Positions 1 to 9,970 of a stretch of 64,000 nucleotides of DNA are shown here, piece after piece. The translations under genes and the position numbers were made by a program. The first letter of the stretch is position 1. Every line of letters begins with the position of its first letter. Source of the DNA: an uncultured delta proteobacterium (GTDB lineage: Bacteria; Desulfobacterota; Binatia; UBA9968); contig CAWFJP010000017.1 in assembly GCA_963816145.1 (NCBI GenBank), positions 160,001 through 224,000 on the forward strand, given 5' to 3'. The notes under the pieces are model-generated. The model saw nothing but the letters and a program-made list of their open reading frames with translations, searched no databases and was not told the origin of the DNA.

Positions 1-826
1 TGTCCGCCAATCTCATGCCGCGGGCGGCGGTGAGAAATTCGTTGGTAACTGCCGTTGTCGGCAGCGGCACGTCGAGTTGACGGCCCATTTCCAATGCGAG
101 GAGCAAATCTTTTTGCATCATGTTGACGTCGAACAGCGCTTCCTCCGGCATGTTGAGCACGAACGGGCCACGATATTTCACCATCGGCGACGCGATCACG
201 CTGTTGAACAAAACTTCGGCGGCGGTCGCGCGGGCGATGCCGCTCTTTTCGGCGAGCAGTAAGCCTTCGCTGAACGCCAGCATCTGCACCGCCAGACTCA
301 AATTGGTGGCGACTTTCATCGCCGCCGCTAAGCCATGACCGCCGACGTAGATCGCCCTAGGTCCGATCACTTGAAGATAAGGCAGGACTTTTTCAAAGAC
401 TTCCGGTTTGCCGCCGACCATGAACGAGAGCTTTCCTTCTTCCAAAGTAATCGAACTGCCGGACACCGGCGCATCGAGCATCTCGGCGCCGGTGGCTTCA
501 ACTTGCTTGGCGATTTCGCGGATGGCGGCCGGGCTCACCGTGCTCATTTCGATGTAGATTTTTCCCGTGCTCAGTCCGGCCAAAATTCCCTCTTTGCCCT
601 CGGTGACGGCGCGCAACGCGCTATTATTGGCGATCATGGAAAATACCGCTTCGGACGATTCTATTGCAGCGCGCGGACTGTCGGCCCACTTCATTCCGGC
701 GTCGAGGAGCCACTGCGCCTTGGGCTTGGTCCGGTTGTAACCCGTGACGCTGTGGCCGGCATCGAGCAGCCGTTTCGCCATGCGGCTGCCCATTACTCCC
801 AGACCGACAAAACCGAGATTCGCCAT
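1..826 (-). CDS. NAD(P)-dependent oxidoreductase, 3-hydroxyisobutyrate dehydrogenase / 2-hydroxy-3-oxopropionate reductase family; 3' end lies outside the window
   Basis: Not in the ORF track because it runs off the edge. My translation from ATG 826 gives MANLGFVGLGVMGSRMA (Rossmann GxGxMG), DAPVSG, MKVATN and MMQKDL, all family motifs. Confidence 0.9.
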   Translation of the reverse strand, partial: MANLGFVGLGVMGSRMAKRLLDAGHSVTGYNRTKPKAQWLLDAGMKWADSPRAAIESSEAVFSMIANNSALRAVTEGKEGILAGLSTGKIYIEMSTVSPAAIREIAKQVEATGAEMLDAPVSGSSITLEEGKLSFMVGGKPEVFEKVLPYLQVIGPRAIYVGGHGLAAAMKVATNLSLAVQMLAFSEGLLLAEKSGIARATAAEVLFNSVIASPMVKYRGPFVLNMPEEALFDVNMMQKDLLLALEMGRQLDVPLPTTAVTNEFLTAARGMRLAD

Positions 827-884
827 GGTAACTCCAAAAAAAACTAAATACCTTCGTCTCAGCGCTAGCGTGCGAACGGATCGA

Positions 885-1898
885 CTAACCTTCCGCCTTG
901 ATATATTTGCCCATTTCACGCAGCGTCTCGGGCGTTTGATTGAGCAGCACGGTAAAATCTTTGAGCACCTGTTCGGGCGAGATGTAAGAAAAATCGATTT
1001 TGGCCTTTTTCGCTTCGGCCAAAAGTTCAGGGTCCTTGATCGCCTTGGCAAGCGCATCGCGCAGCAGAACGACGCGATCGCTCGGCGTATTGGGGTGAAC
1101 CGCAAAGGCACGGCCGATCGCTTGCGGAATCGATTTGATCGACATCAATGATTTACCTAAGGCGGACGTGGCCAAATCTTCATCCACCGGCAGATTCTCG
1201 TAACCCGCCAGCGCCACGCGGCCGCGCACGAGCGGGCGCACCGCGCCGCGGTCAGCGGCGAGTTTGATCGTCGTCGCCAGCGCCGACCAGGAATCGACTT
1301 CCTTGCGTTCGATGGCCAAGAGTACATCGCTGTTGGCCGGATAACCCGGCACGAGTTTCAATTTGGCGCCGGCGAATTCTTTTAACAGCAACGGAAAGTC
1401 ATGCGCGTTGGAACCGGGGCCCGTGGTGCCAGCGACCAACTCGCGGTCAGCTTTCTTGAGATCGTCAAATGTTTTGTACGGCAAGTCGGGGCGGATCGAT
1501 AACATTACACCGTCGGAGCCGGAAGAGCCGAGCCAAATAAACTTGCGCACGTCGAAGCGCGCTTGTTCAACCTTTGATAGCTGGGCGATGGCGACATTGG
1601 GGTTGGCAGCGAGAATCGTCAGGCCGTCGGGTTTGGCAACGTTGTAGACATTGTTGGTCGCCAGCAGATGGGCTGCACCGGGCATATGTTGCAAGATCAC
1701 TGCCGGCTTGCCGGGGAGGTATTTGCCCAGATGATGCGCGACGATCTGGGCGGCGATTTCGAGACTGCCACTCTTGGCGCCGATCAGCATGTTGATCGTT
1801 TTACCTTCGTAAAAATTTGCTTGTGCCCAAACTGGTCCCGTCGAAAAAGTCACCCAGGTTAGCAATGCAACCCATCGGAATGCGCATGTCTTTTGCAC
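885..1898 (-). CDS. tctC: Bug/TctC-family tripartite tricarboxylate transporter substrate-binding protein
   Basis: Signal peptide ending AQA, FYEGKTI, MPGA, KPDGLT and GYP..LAIERKEVD motifs; lies downstream of tctA-tctB. Confidence 0.88.
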   Translation of the reverse strand: MQKTCAFRWVALLTWVTFSTGPVWAQANFYEGKTINMLIGAKSGSLEIAAQIVAHHLGKYLPGKPAVILQHMPGAAHLLATNNVYNVAKPDGLTILAANPNVAIAQLSKVEQARFDVRKFIWLGSSGSDGVMLSIRPDLPYKTFDDLKKADRELVAGTTGPGSNAHDFPLLLKEFAGAKLKLVPGYPANSDVLLAIERKEVDSWSALATTIKLAADRGAVRPLVRGRVALAGYENLPVDEDLATSALGKSLMSIKSIPQAIGRAFAVHPNTPSDRVVLLRDALAKAIKDPELLAEAKKAKIDFSYISPEQVLKDFTVLLNQTPETLREMGKYIKAEG

Positions 1899-2123
1899 AA
1901 AAACCTCCTTGTTAAAGGTAGAAATTTGCTGACGCCACCGGCAACGTTATTAAGTCGACTCTATCCATCTTACTTTCGCAGACGTGAGCGCAAGGTTATT
2001 TGATTCGATCGATATCCGTCAAGAGACGTTGACGAATCCTCGAGCGATTCATTGACCCGGTGCGGTGGCAACCAGCCGCCGGGAATTACCTGCTTCACAA
2101 GCGAACCGTGATTCTCCCACTCC

Positions 2124-2600
2124 TCATAGCCCGAGCCAAGCTTGGATAACGCCGTCTTCGAATTGGATGTGGACCAACCACTGAAATAATCCATAGAAGC
2201 AACCCCAGGTGATCACCGTCGCCACAACGGTTCCTAGCCAACCGACGTCGCTCTGGAATTTGAGATAGCTGAAAATGAATAAGGGAACTGTCAGCGGAAA
2301 GCCGATCAGAAAAACTGAGAGAATGAAGCCGATAATCCAGGCGAAAGTGCCGATCACGCGGCGCCGTTCAATCTCGGGCGGCACGTCACTTGAAAACTCC
2401 ACATCGACCGCCGCCCCGCTGTCAACTTCTGTTTTGCCGAAAATGATCTGGACCAGCTGGATCGTTAGGAGGGCGAGCAGCGGAATGCTGACCGCGAGTG
2501 GAAAGAGCGCGGTCTTAAAGCTCCAGCCGGAAGCCTGATAAATCGCATAGCCGGCGACGAAGAGTAAAAAGACACAGTAGAGTATGCGGCCGTTACGCAT
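2124..2600 (-). CDS. tctB: TctB-family small membrane subunit
   Basis: About four hydrophobic helices, FP and IGF motifs. The ATG at 2600 overlaps the tctA 3' end. Confidence 0.82.
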   Translation of the reverse strand: MRNGRILYCVFLLFVAGYAIYQASGWSFKTALFPLAVSIPLLALLTIQLVQIIFGKTEVDSGAAVDVEFSSDVPPEIERRRVIGTFAWIIGFILSVFLIGFPLTVPLFIFSYLKFQSDVGWLGTVVATVITWGCFYGLFQWLVHIQFEDGVIQAWLGL

Positions 2601-4104
2601 CGTCCGAACTCCCATCGCGCCAGCGCCGTTTCTGCATATATGGATAGACAATCACGAACGCCATGACAGCGATCAGGAAGATTACCGTCGGGTGCGTGAG
2701 CCAGCTGAAGCCGTAACGGGTCATGGAAATAAACAAATAGGTTTCGATCACTTTGCCCAAGACAAAGCCCAAGACAAACGGCGGCCGGGGCCAGCCGAAT
2801 AGCACCATGAAGTAGCTGATCGCGCCAAAAATCGCAGTGACGACCAGGTCGGCGATCTGGTTGTTGGCGGTATAGCTGCCGACGAAAACCAACAAAAGAA
2901 TGAAGGGAATGATCAAGCTGCCGCGCACGTAGGTAACTTTGGCAATTTGATCGAGAATCGTCAGGCACAACAGCACGGTAACGATGTTGGCGATTGCCAA
3001 GGTCCAGACCATCGAGAAGGTGATTGCCAGATGTTTGGTCAACATATCCGGCCCCGGCGTGAGTCCCATGATCAAAAAGCCGCTGAGTAGGATCGCCATG
3101 GCGCCGCTACCAGGGACACCGAAGGCCACCGTCGGGATCAGCTCGCCGCCTTCTTTCGAATTGTTCGCAGCCCCTGGTCCTAATACGCCCCGCACGTCGC
3201 CTTTGCCGAAACGCTCGCGATCTTTGGCATCCTTGGCGCTCTGCACCGCGTGAGCATAAGCCATCCATTGAGCGACGCCGCCGCCGGCGCCGGGCAGAAT
3301 TCCGACGAATACGCCAATAACCGAACAGCGGAAGACCAACCAAAAATGGCGAAAGGTGTCTTTGATCCCGTCCATCACGCCGCTGCTCAATTTTTCCTGG
3401 GGTTGATCACCGGCGATGGCGGTGCCGCGCACCGCAAGATCGATGATTTCCGGAATCGCAAAGACACCGACCAAAACCGGTACGAAATCGAGCCCCTCCC
3501 AGAGGTACATCATGCCCATGTCGAATCGGAGCGTACCGGATTGGCGCTCCTGACCGATGGTTGAAACCAGTAGGCCGAAAAGACCCATAGCAAAGCCTTT
3601 GATCTGCCCGCGCGCCCCTTCACCGCTCAGCGAAGTGATGCACGAGATGCCGATCACCGATAACATGAAGAGTTCCGGTGAACCGAAGGCGAGCACCAAC
3701 GGGCGGACAATCGGGATCGCCAGCGCGAGCGCCACCGCGCCGATGAGTGCGCCAAGCAGAGAACTCATCAACGCCGCGCCGAGGGCGCGTCCGGCTTCAC
3801 CCTTTTTCGCCATCGGATAGCCATCGACGACGGTCGCGGCGGAAATCGCCTCGCCGGGCACGCCGAAGAGAACCGAAGTGATATCACCGGTAGTCGCCGC
3901 CACCGAATGCATGCCGAGCAAAAAGGCGAACGCCTCGGCAGGCTGCATTTTGAAAACAAAGGGGATCATCAAGGCGAGGGTCGCCGCGCCGCCGATACCC
4001 GGCAGCAGACCGACGCAGAAGCCAAGCCCCATGCCGACCAGCATCAAGCTGAAAGCTTTCCACTGAAGAACTAGGAAAAGTCCGTCGATGAATGCGTCGA
4101 GCAT
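2593..4104 (-). CDS. tctA: TctA-family large membrane subunit
   Basis: GLLPGIG, GVPGE, DGYPMAKKGEAGRAL, AANNS, GVPGS and PGP motifs; 503 aa. Confidence 0.93.
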   Translation of the reverse strand: MLDAFIDGLFLVLQWKAFSLMLVGMGLGFCVGLLPGIGGAATLALMIPFVFKMQPAEAFAFLLGMHSVAATTGDITSVLFGVPGEAISAATVVDGYPMAKKGEAGRALGAALMSSLLGALIGAVALALAIPIVRPLVLAFGSPELFMLSVIGISCITSLSGEGARGQIKGFAMGLFGLLVSTIGQERQSGTLRFDMGMMYLWEGLDFVPVLVGVFAIPEIIDLAVRGTAIAGDQPQEKLSSGVMDGIKDTFRHFWLVFRCSVIGVFVGILPGAGGGVAQWMAYAHAVQSAKDAKDRERFGKGDVRGVLGPGAANNSKEGGELIPTVAFGVPGSGAMAILLSGFLIMGLTPGPDMLTKHLAITFSMVWTLAIANIVTVLLCLTILDQIAKVTYVRGSLIIPFILLLVFVGSYTANNQIADLVVTAIFGAISYFMVLFGWPRPPFVLGFVLGKVIETYLFISMTRYGFSWLTHPTVIFLIAVMAFVIVYPYMQKRRWRDGSSDDA

Positions 4105-4181
4105 TGCCTGGCTGCCTCTACCGCTCCAACTTATGCCGGTTGCGAAACTGAAAACGTAATCGGCAAACGAATCCCCGCGCG

Positions 4182-4211
4182 ACTATATGGGACCGTCGAT
4201 TTTAGTGTCAA
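4182..4211 (-). promoter_or_regulatory. sigma-70-type promoter of tctABC
   Basis: Minus strand reads TTGACA-N18-TATAGT, about 80 nt upstream of the tctA ATG. Confidence 0.6.
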
Positions 4212-4397
4212 GCAGAGAATCTTAATACGACCGACAAACTAAAAAATAACGCTCTAGCGGCAGTTCTTTGCAGGGCCGAGAGTTAGAAGCCGCGCTGTCG
4301 GTGCCACGGTTTTGGCGCGCTTATTCACTGAGCAACTCTTGAGGTCACTAAAATGATGCGAAGATTTTGCTGAGAAGTTTTCGCTTCGAAGACTTAT

Positions 4398-6860
4398 CTA
4401 GTTCGGTAGGCTGTGACTTACGACGTCCGTAGGCGAATTGGCGAGATTGGTCAGTAAAGTCATGATGGCATCGTAATTGACCGGCTTGGTGAGATGGGCG
4501 TCGAATCCGGCCTCTTGAGTGCGCCGCCGGTCCTGTTGCTGCCCCCAACCGGTGAGCGCGATGAGAATCATGTGTTTGCCCCAGGGCTGCTGGCGGATCC
4601 TTTTCGCCGCTTGATAGCCGTCCAGTCTCGGCATGGCAATGTCCATCAGTACCACGTCCGGCAAAAATTCCGCGGCAGCTTCCACCGCCGCGACTCCGTC
4701 CTCGGCAATCTGCACTTCGTGACCATCTTTTTCCAGCAAGCGCGCCAGCGTCTCTGCGGACTGGGGAAAATCGTCCGCCACCAAGATGCGCCGAGTCCGC
4801 ACCGGCAGGAGACTGTCATCCACTAAATCCTGCGCCAGGCTCTCGAACTCCGAACCATGGGCGGTCACCGGCAACTGCACCGTGAACTCGCTGCCGCGGT
4901 TCATGCCGTCGCTGCGGACCTCCACTTTGCCACCATGCAGTTCGACCAACCGGTGCACCAGCGTCAGCCCCAAGCCCAGACCGCCTTCGCTACGGGTATA
5001 GGACCGATCCACTTGGTAGAAAAGCTCGAATACATGCGGCAAGCTCTCCGCCGCGATGCCGACTCCGGTGTCTTTGACTCGAATCACCACGGTATCGCCT
5101 GCCTGCTCGACATTGAGCCAAATATGACCGGGCTCCGGAGTGTACTTGGCAGCGTTGTTTAAAAGATTCATGAAGACTTGGGTGAGCCGAAGCCGATCGG
5201 CGTCAACGTAAATCGAGTCCTGTGACATAGTCACGGTCAGTTCATGCTGCCGCTGGTCGATCAGCGGCCGGCTCGATTCCACCGCCGCTTTGATGATCTC
5301 GGACAGGTCGAGCGTTTCCTTCTGCAAAACCAACTTTTCTCGAGTAATGCGGCTGACATCGAAGAGATCGTCGGTCAAGCGCGTAAGATACTTGACTTGC
5401 CGATCGATGATGTCCTGACCCCAGTGGGGGTCGGGTAACGGGTTATTTGGGTTCTGCTGCAGAGTTACGACGTTGCGAACCAGGGACAAGGGATTGCGCA
5501 GCTCATGGGCGAGGGTGGCCAAGAACTCATCTTTGCGCCGGTCGGCTTCGCGCAACGCCTCGCCGCTGGCTTGCAGGGCCTCATCCAGTCTCAGCTTTTC
5601 CACCGCCAGCCAAGTCCGTTCGGCGACCATGTTAATCAGCGAGACTTCACGCTCGCTCCACTCACGCGGCTCTGTGATCGCCATGGCCAAGGCGGAGACC
5701 GGCGTACCGTCGCGTAACAAGGGCGCCGCGATAAAAGCACGAATGCCGACCCGCTGGTACGAGTTGATATGCACAAGGGTTCGCTCGTCGCGGGCGACAT
5801 CCGAGATCGTGATGGTTTGACCGGCGCGGCCGACGTCGATCAAAAACATTCCGAACGATTCCAGTGGATAGCTACCAACCAACGATGCGACATGCGGGTG
5901 ATAATCACGCTGAACGATGAACTGATTTCGTTCCGTATCGATCTCGAGAAAGGCGCAGCGGTTGACCTTGGCATGCTCGCCCAAGGCCACGGCGACAGCC
6001 CAGGTGAGTTCTTCGGCATTGGCCGCGAAGCGAATGCATTCAGCGAGGTCTAACAGAAAAAGCGTATCGGCCTCGGCCTGTTTGCGCGCCGTAATATCGC
6101 GCACCGCGACATTAACTCCAAGTAATTCGCCGCTCGGGTTGTGCACCGGAAAATAACTCGCCAACCAATAACGGCCTTCATCGGGCCGCGCTGCAGTGGC
6201 GCCTTTGATTTCGACATCCAAGATCGGCTTACCGCTTTCGATGACGCGCCGGTAATGTACTTCAACGGTATCGGCCAGCTCTGGAATAGTATCCCGAACC
6301 GTCTTACCGATGTAATACTCCGGCGCCCGGCCGTTCATCTCGGCCAAAGCTGCGTTCATCGACAGATAGCGCAGGTTGAGATCGACAAAACATAAACCTA
6401 CCGGCGCCGAGGTATAGATGGTATTGAGCAGCGCGAGCCGTTCGTTGGCGATACGTTCGCTATCGCGCCGGTCTTGTTCGACAGTCCGGTGCCGAAGTCC
6501 TAACGTCGTCACACTCCAGATCATCAATAGGGCGAACCCTTGATTCGCCAATCCGGCCCATGCCGGTAAGCCTGAATCGGAGCGGCTGAGAAAAATATCC
6601 GCCACGAGCATCACCGTACAGGCAACCGCCACGGCAATCTTTTCCCGCTTTCCGGGTAGCGCTACGGCTAACACTAAAGCCGCCGCGTAGCAGATCGGAA
6701 TCGCTAAATGCGCCGGAATCCACAGGTCAATAAGAAAGAAAAATCCGACCAACAGAACCGCCAGAACGCAAAAGAATCGCGAACCAAAACCGAAGTTCAC
6801 CTCTGGAGATGAGGGGCTGTTAGCCAAACTGGGGAGAGGATCGGATTGCTTGATGTTCAT
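4398..6860 (-). CDS. Membrane-bound hybrid sensor histidine kinase (TM region, PAS, GAF, HisKA, HATPase, REC)
   Basis: FLATLAHELRNPL H-box, NLLNNAAKYT N-box, DTGVGI and GLGLGL G-boxes, and a C-terminal receiver (VADD, DIAMP, KPV). Start placed at MNIKQ (6860) to avoid overlapping ubiD; start uncertain. Confidence 0.9.
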   Translation of the reverse strand: MNIKQSDPLPSLANSPSSPEVNFGFGSRFFCVLAVLLVGFFFLIDLWIPAHLAIPICYAAALVLAVALPGKREKIAVAVACTVMLVADIFLSRSDSGLPAWAGLANQGFALLMIWSVTTLGLRHRTVEQDRRDSERIANERLALLNTIYTSAPVGLCFVDLNLRYLSMNAALAEMNGRAPEYYIGKTVRDTIPELADTVEVHYRRVIESGKPILDVEIKGATAARPDEGRYWLASYFPVHNPSGELLGVNVAVRDITARKQAEADTLFLLDLAECIRFAANAEELTWAVAVALGEHAKVNRCAFLEIDTERNQFIVQRDYHPHVASLVGSYPLESFGMFLIDVGRAGQTITISDVARDERTLVHINSYQRVGIRAFIAAPLLRDGTPVSALAMAITEPREWSEREVSLINMVAERTWLAVEKLRLDEALQASGEALREADRRKDEFLATLAHELRNPLSLVRNVVTLQQNPNNPLPDPHWGQDIIDRQVKYLTRLTDDLFDVSRITREKLVLQKETLDLSEIIKAAVESSRPLIDQRQHELTVTMSQDSIYVDADRLRLTQVFMNLLNNAAKYTPEPGHIWLNVEQAGDTVVIRVKDTGVGIAAESLPHVFELFYQVDRSYTRSEGGLGLGLTLVHRLVELHGGKVEVRSDGMNRGSEFTVQLPVTAHGSEFESLAQDLVDDSLLPVRTRRILVADDFPQSAETLARLLEKDGHEVQIAEDGVAAVEAAAEFLPDVVLMDIAMPRLDGYQAAKRIRQQPWGKHMILIALTGWGQQQDRRRTQEAGFDAHLTKPVNYDAIMTLLTNLANSPTDVVSHSLPN

Positions 6861-7044
6861 GAGCGCTGTGCAGGCCGTAAATCTACGACAATAAGGCCAT
6901 AGTGTACCAGACCCACTCCAGGTCAAACAAGGATTTTCCGCCACCATTGACGGGTGCCTCATGTATGAACACGCGCTGGAACGCTTGACAACCTCGGTGG
7001 CCCAGACAATAGATGACGGAAGCACCAAGGACAGGGAGAAATCG

Positions 7045-8643
7045 ATGGCCAATCCGGCAAAGTATTATCGTGACTTTCGTGAGCACTTAAAGGCGCTTGA
7101 GGAGCGCGGCAAACTGGTCCGCATTCAACGGGAAATCAACAAAGATACCGAACTGATGCCGCTCGTGCGTTGGCAGTTTCGCGGGCTCGAGGAGCAAGAC
7201 CGCAAAGCGTTCATGTTCGAGAAGATCATTGATTCCAAGGGCAAACGTTATGCGATGCCGGTGACTGTAGGAACCTTAGCCGCGACCACGGAAATCTATG
7301 CCATCGGCATGATGTGCGAACCCGCGCAAATCGCCGAACGCTGGAACCAGGCACAATTGAATCCCTTCGAGCCTACCAAGGTGACTTCGGCACCCGTCCA
7401 TGAGGTCGTCTGGCAAGGCCAAGACCTGCTCAATGGCCATGGGCTGGACATGATCCCAGTGCCGATCTCGACACCGGGCTTCGATAACGCGCCGTATTTA
7501 ACTTCGGCTAATTGGATTACCAAAGACCCCGAAACCGGTATTTACAACATCGGCAACTACCGTAGCCAAATCAAGTCGGCGAACCGCACCGGCGGTCTGT
7601 TCACCACACAGCATATGGGACAGCATTGGCGCAAGGCGAAGACCAAGGGTCAGCGGTTGGAGGCGTGCATCGCCATCGGCGTGGTGCCGAGCATCGCCTA
7701 CTCGGCGACCGCCAAAATCCCTTACGATTTCGACGAATACCGTCTAGCTGGCGGTTTGGCCGGCGCGCCAGTGGAGGTCGTGCAAGCGAAAACCGTCAAC
7801 TTGCTCGTGCCCGCCACCGCGGAAATCATCATCGAAGGGACGATTCCCACCGATATCGTCGAGCCGGAAGGCCCGTTCGGCGAATATCCAGGCTACATGG
7901 GCCACCGCACCGAATCGCCGTTTCTCGAAGTCACCTGCATCACGCACCGACGCGACGCAATATACACCGCGCTGATGAGCCAGTTCCCGCCCAGCGAATC
8001 GAGCAAGATCAAGCACACCGGCACGGAAAAGATCATCTACAAACTGCTGCGCCACGACAGCGGCAACTCGGCGGTACTCGACGTCGCCCTGCATGACGAA
8101 GTCAGCGGCAGTGGTCAGGCCTATTGCGTGATCAAAATGCGCAATGCCACTAAGGCCGAAGCCTGGCGCGCGCTCCACGCCACCGCCGGCTTTACCGGCA
8201 GCTACGCCAAGGTCTGCGTCGCGGTGGATGAAGACATCGATATTCACGATCCGGCGATGATCAATTGGGCGATCTGCTACAACATGCGCCCCGATGAAGA
8301 TGTGGTGATTTCCAAAGGGAAAATGGCCGGACTCGATCCGTCGACCTACCCGCCGGGAATGGAAAAGGAAGACCGCCGCGCCACTTCAACCTCCGCGTTG
8401 CTGATCAATGCGATCCGACCCTGGCCCTACACGCCGGTGTCGCTGCCAAAACGAGAATTTATGGAGCGCTCCAAGCAGATTTGGGAAGAACTCGAGCTCC
8501 CGCCGCTTAAGCCGCGCATGCCTTGGTACGGCTACAGTTTGGGCGCCTGGACCCAGCAAGACGAAGAGGAAGCGGAACTAGCCGTCAAAGGTGATTACTT
8601 CGAAACCGGCAAAAAGCAGACCGGGCAGAGAAAAAAGTCCTAA
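7045..8643 (+). CDS. UbiD-family prFMN-dependent decarboxylase
   Basis: DFREHL..LE..G.L N-terminus, NIGNYR, VPATAEIIIEG, EGPFGEYPGY and VDEDID motifs; GGGAG SD before ATG 7045. Confidence 0.92.
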   Translation: MANPAKYYRDFREHLKALEERGKLVRIQREINKDTELMPLVRWQFRGLEEQDRKAFMFEKIIDSKGKRYAMPVTVGTLAATTEIYAIGMMCEPAQIAERWNQAQLNPFEPTKVTSAPVHEVVWQGQDLLNGHGLDMIPVPISTPGFDNAPYLTSANWITKDPETGIYNIGNYRSQIKSANRTGGLFTTQHMGQHWRKAKTKGQRLEACIAIGVVPSIAYSATAKIPYDFDEYRLAGGLAGAPVEVVQAKTVNLLVPATAEIIIEGTIPTDIVEPEGPFGEYPGYMGHRTESPFLEVTCITHRRDAIYTALMSQFPPSESSKIKHTGTEKIIYKLLRHDSGNSAVLDVALHDEVSGSGQAYCVIKMRNATKAEAWRALHATAGFTGSYAKVCVAVDEDIDIHDPAMINWAICYNMRPDEDVVISKGKMAGLDPSTYPPGMEKEDRRATSTSALLINAIRPWPYTPVSLPKREFMERSKQIWEELELPPLKPRMPWYGYSLGAWTQQDEEEAELAVKGDYFETGKKQTGQRKKS

Positions 8644-8700
8644 GGTGAACTGGTTACGAGTTGGAGGTACCAGGCGACCCGAAACTCGAAATTTTCGGTC

Positions 8701-9153
8701 TTAGAAGAGCCCCGGTATCCAGCGGTGCACCGAAGATAAATAATCGACATACGGCTGACCGAGCGTTTGTACAAGTTTTTTCTCGTCACCGACCACTCGG
8801 GTGTGGAACCAAACCGCAGTGCCAATCGTGATCAACGCAGCGAACCAGGACTTTAGCGTCAGGGTAAGGCCGATGAGAAAAATGATGTGGCCCAGATACA
8901 TGGGATTGCGCGTATAGGCGTAAAACCCGGTTGTCACCAAGCGCTCGGGCGGGGCGTCCAGTCCCGGACCGCCGCCGCCACGGATACCCCGATAGCGGCC
9001 GCAGAGTCGATACTGCAAATAACCCCAGACCATCAGCGGTGCGAAGTAATACGCTGGCCGCAGTCGAGCACCGTGGACCGCTAGTTCCCAAGCGACGGTA
9101 ACGGCTGGATAGAGTACAAATGTTCGCACCGGGGTGCGGCTAAAAAATCGCAT
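8701..9153 (-). CDS. Isoprenylcysteine carboxyl methyltransferase / PEMT-family membrane protein
   Basis: LVTTGFYAYTRNPMYLG and DEKKL...GQPY..Y...VHRWIP motifs. Confidence 0.85.
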   Translation of the reverse strand: MRFFSRTPVRTFVLYPAVTVAWELAVHGARLRPAYYFAPLMVWGYLQYRLCGRYRGIRGGGGPGLDAPPERLVTTGFYAYTRNPMYLGHIIFLIGLTLTLKSWFAALITIGTAVWFHTRVVGDEKKLVQTLGQPYVDYLSSVHRWIPGLF

Positions 9154-9170
9154 TGTATTAGCAAAAAAGT

Positions 9171-9926
9171 ATGGCCCTGGATTTAACACATATTCTTGTC
9201 GGCGTCGCCTTGTTACTTGCCGCCTTCGTCAAAGGCGCTACCGGCCTCGGCTTCCCGCTCATCGCAACGCCGATGGTCGCGTTACTATTGGACATACGCA
9301 TCGCCGTGACGATCCTCATCCTGCCCAATCTTTTGATGGATATAACCCAGGTGTTTCGCAATGGCTTTCCCTACGCGATCCTGCAGCGCTTCAAATCGAT
9401 GATCGGCCTGACCATCATCGGGGTATTCATCGGGACCATGGTGTTAGTGATGTTGCCCCTATGGGCGCTCAATCTGAGCTTGGGAATCATGGTATTGATC
9501 TTCGTGACCTCGAACCTGCTAAAGTTCGAATTTACGATTTCTGCCGGGGCAGAAAAATTCCTCTCGCCGCTCTTTGGGCTGCTGAGCGGTTTTCTCAATG
9601 GCATGACCAATGCGGCGGGACCTACTCTAGCGATTTATTTCTACAGCTTGAAGCTTGAGAAGCGCGACTTCGTCAAATCCGTCGCGTCGATCTTCATGAT
9701 CACCAAGGCGACGCAATTGATCGCCGTGTCGACCTGGAATCTGTTCAATTGGAATACCCTCACCCTATCTCTGCAAGTGGTGCTTTTCACCTTGGTCGGT
9801 TTCTTCGCCGGCCTGAAAACTCAGGATCGGGTGAACCAAAAAACCTTTAGCCGGGGATTGATGGTGCTGCTGTCGATGGTCGGGTTAATCCTGATCGCGC
9901 GGGCGCTCAGCCAAGCGCTCAAGTGA
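9171..9926 (+). CDS. TauE/SafE sulfite-exporter family protein
   Basis: VKGATGLGFPLI and GFLNGMTNAAGP motifs; about eight TM segments. Confidence 0.87.
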   Translation: MALDLTHILVGVALLLAAFVKGATGLGFPLIATPMVALLLDIRIAVTILILPNLLMDITQVFRNGFPYAILQRFKSMIGLTIIGVFIGTMVLVMLPLWALNLSLGIMVLIFVTSNLLKFEFTISAGAEKFLSPLFGLLSGFLNGMTNAAGPTLAIYFYSLKLEKRDFVKSVASIFMITKATQLIAVSTWNLFNWNTLTLSLQVVLFTLVGFFAGLKTQDRVNQKTFSRGLMVLLSMVGLILIARALSQALK

Positions 9927-9936
9927 CTTGCCACGG

Positions 9937-9956
9937 GTTCTGCGAAGTCGCAGAGC
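9937..9956. terminator. Hairpin between convergent genes
   Basis: GTTCTGCG-AAGT-CGCAGAGC stem; no U-tract. Confidence 0.35.
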
Positions 9957-9970
9957 GCGGTAAATATGCT

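Noticed and set aside
1970-2194. 74-aa ORF between tctB and tctC
   Set aside because: Overlaps tctB out of frame and has no recognisable motif.
6861-7052. N-terminal extensions of the kinase (to 7052) and UbiD (from 6961) shown in the ORF track
   Set aside because: They overlap each other; a good SD supports UbiD at 7045, and the extensions look non-coding.
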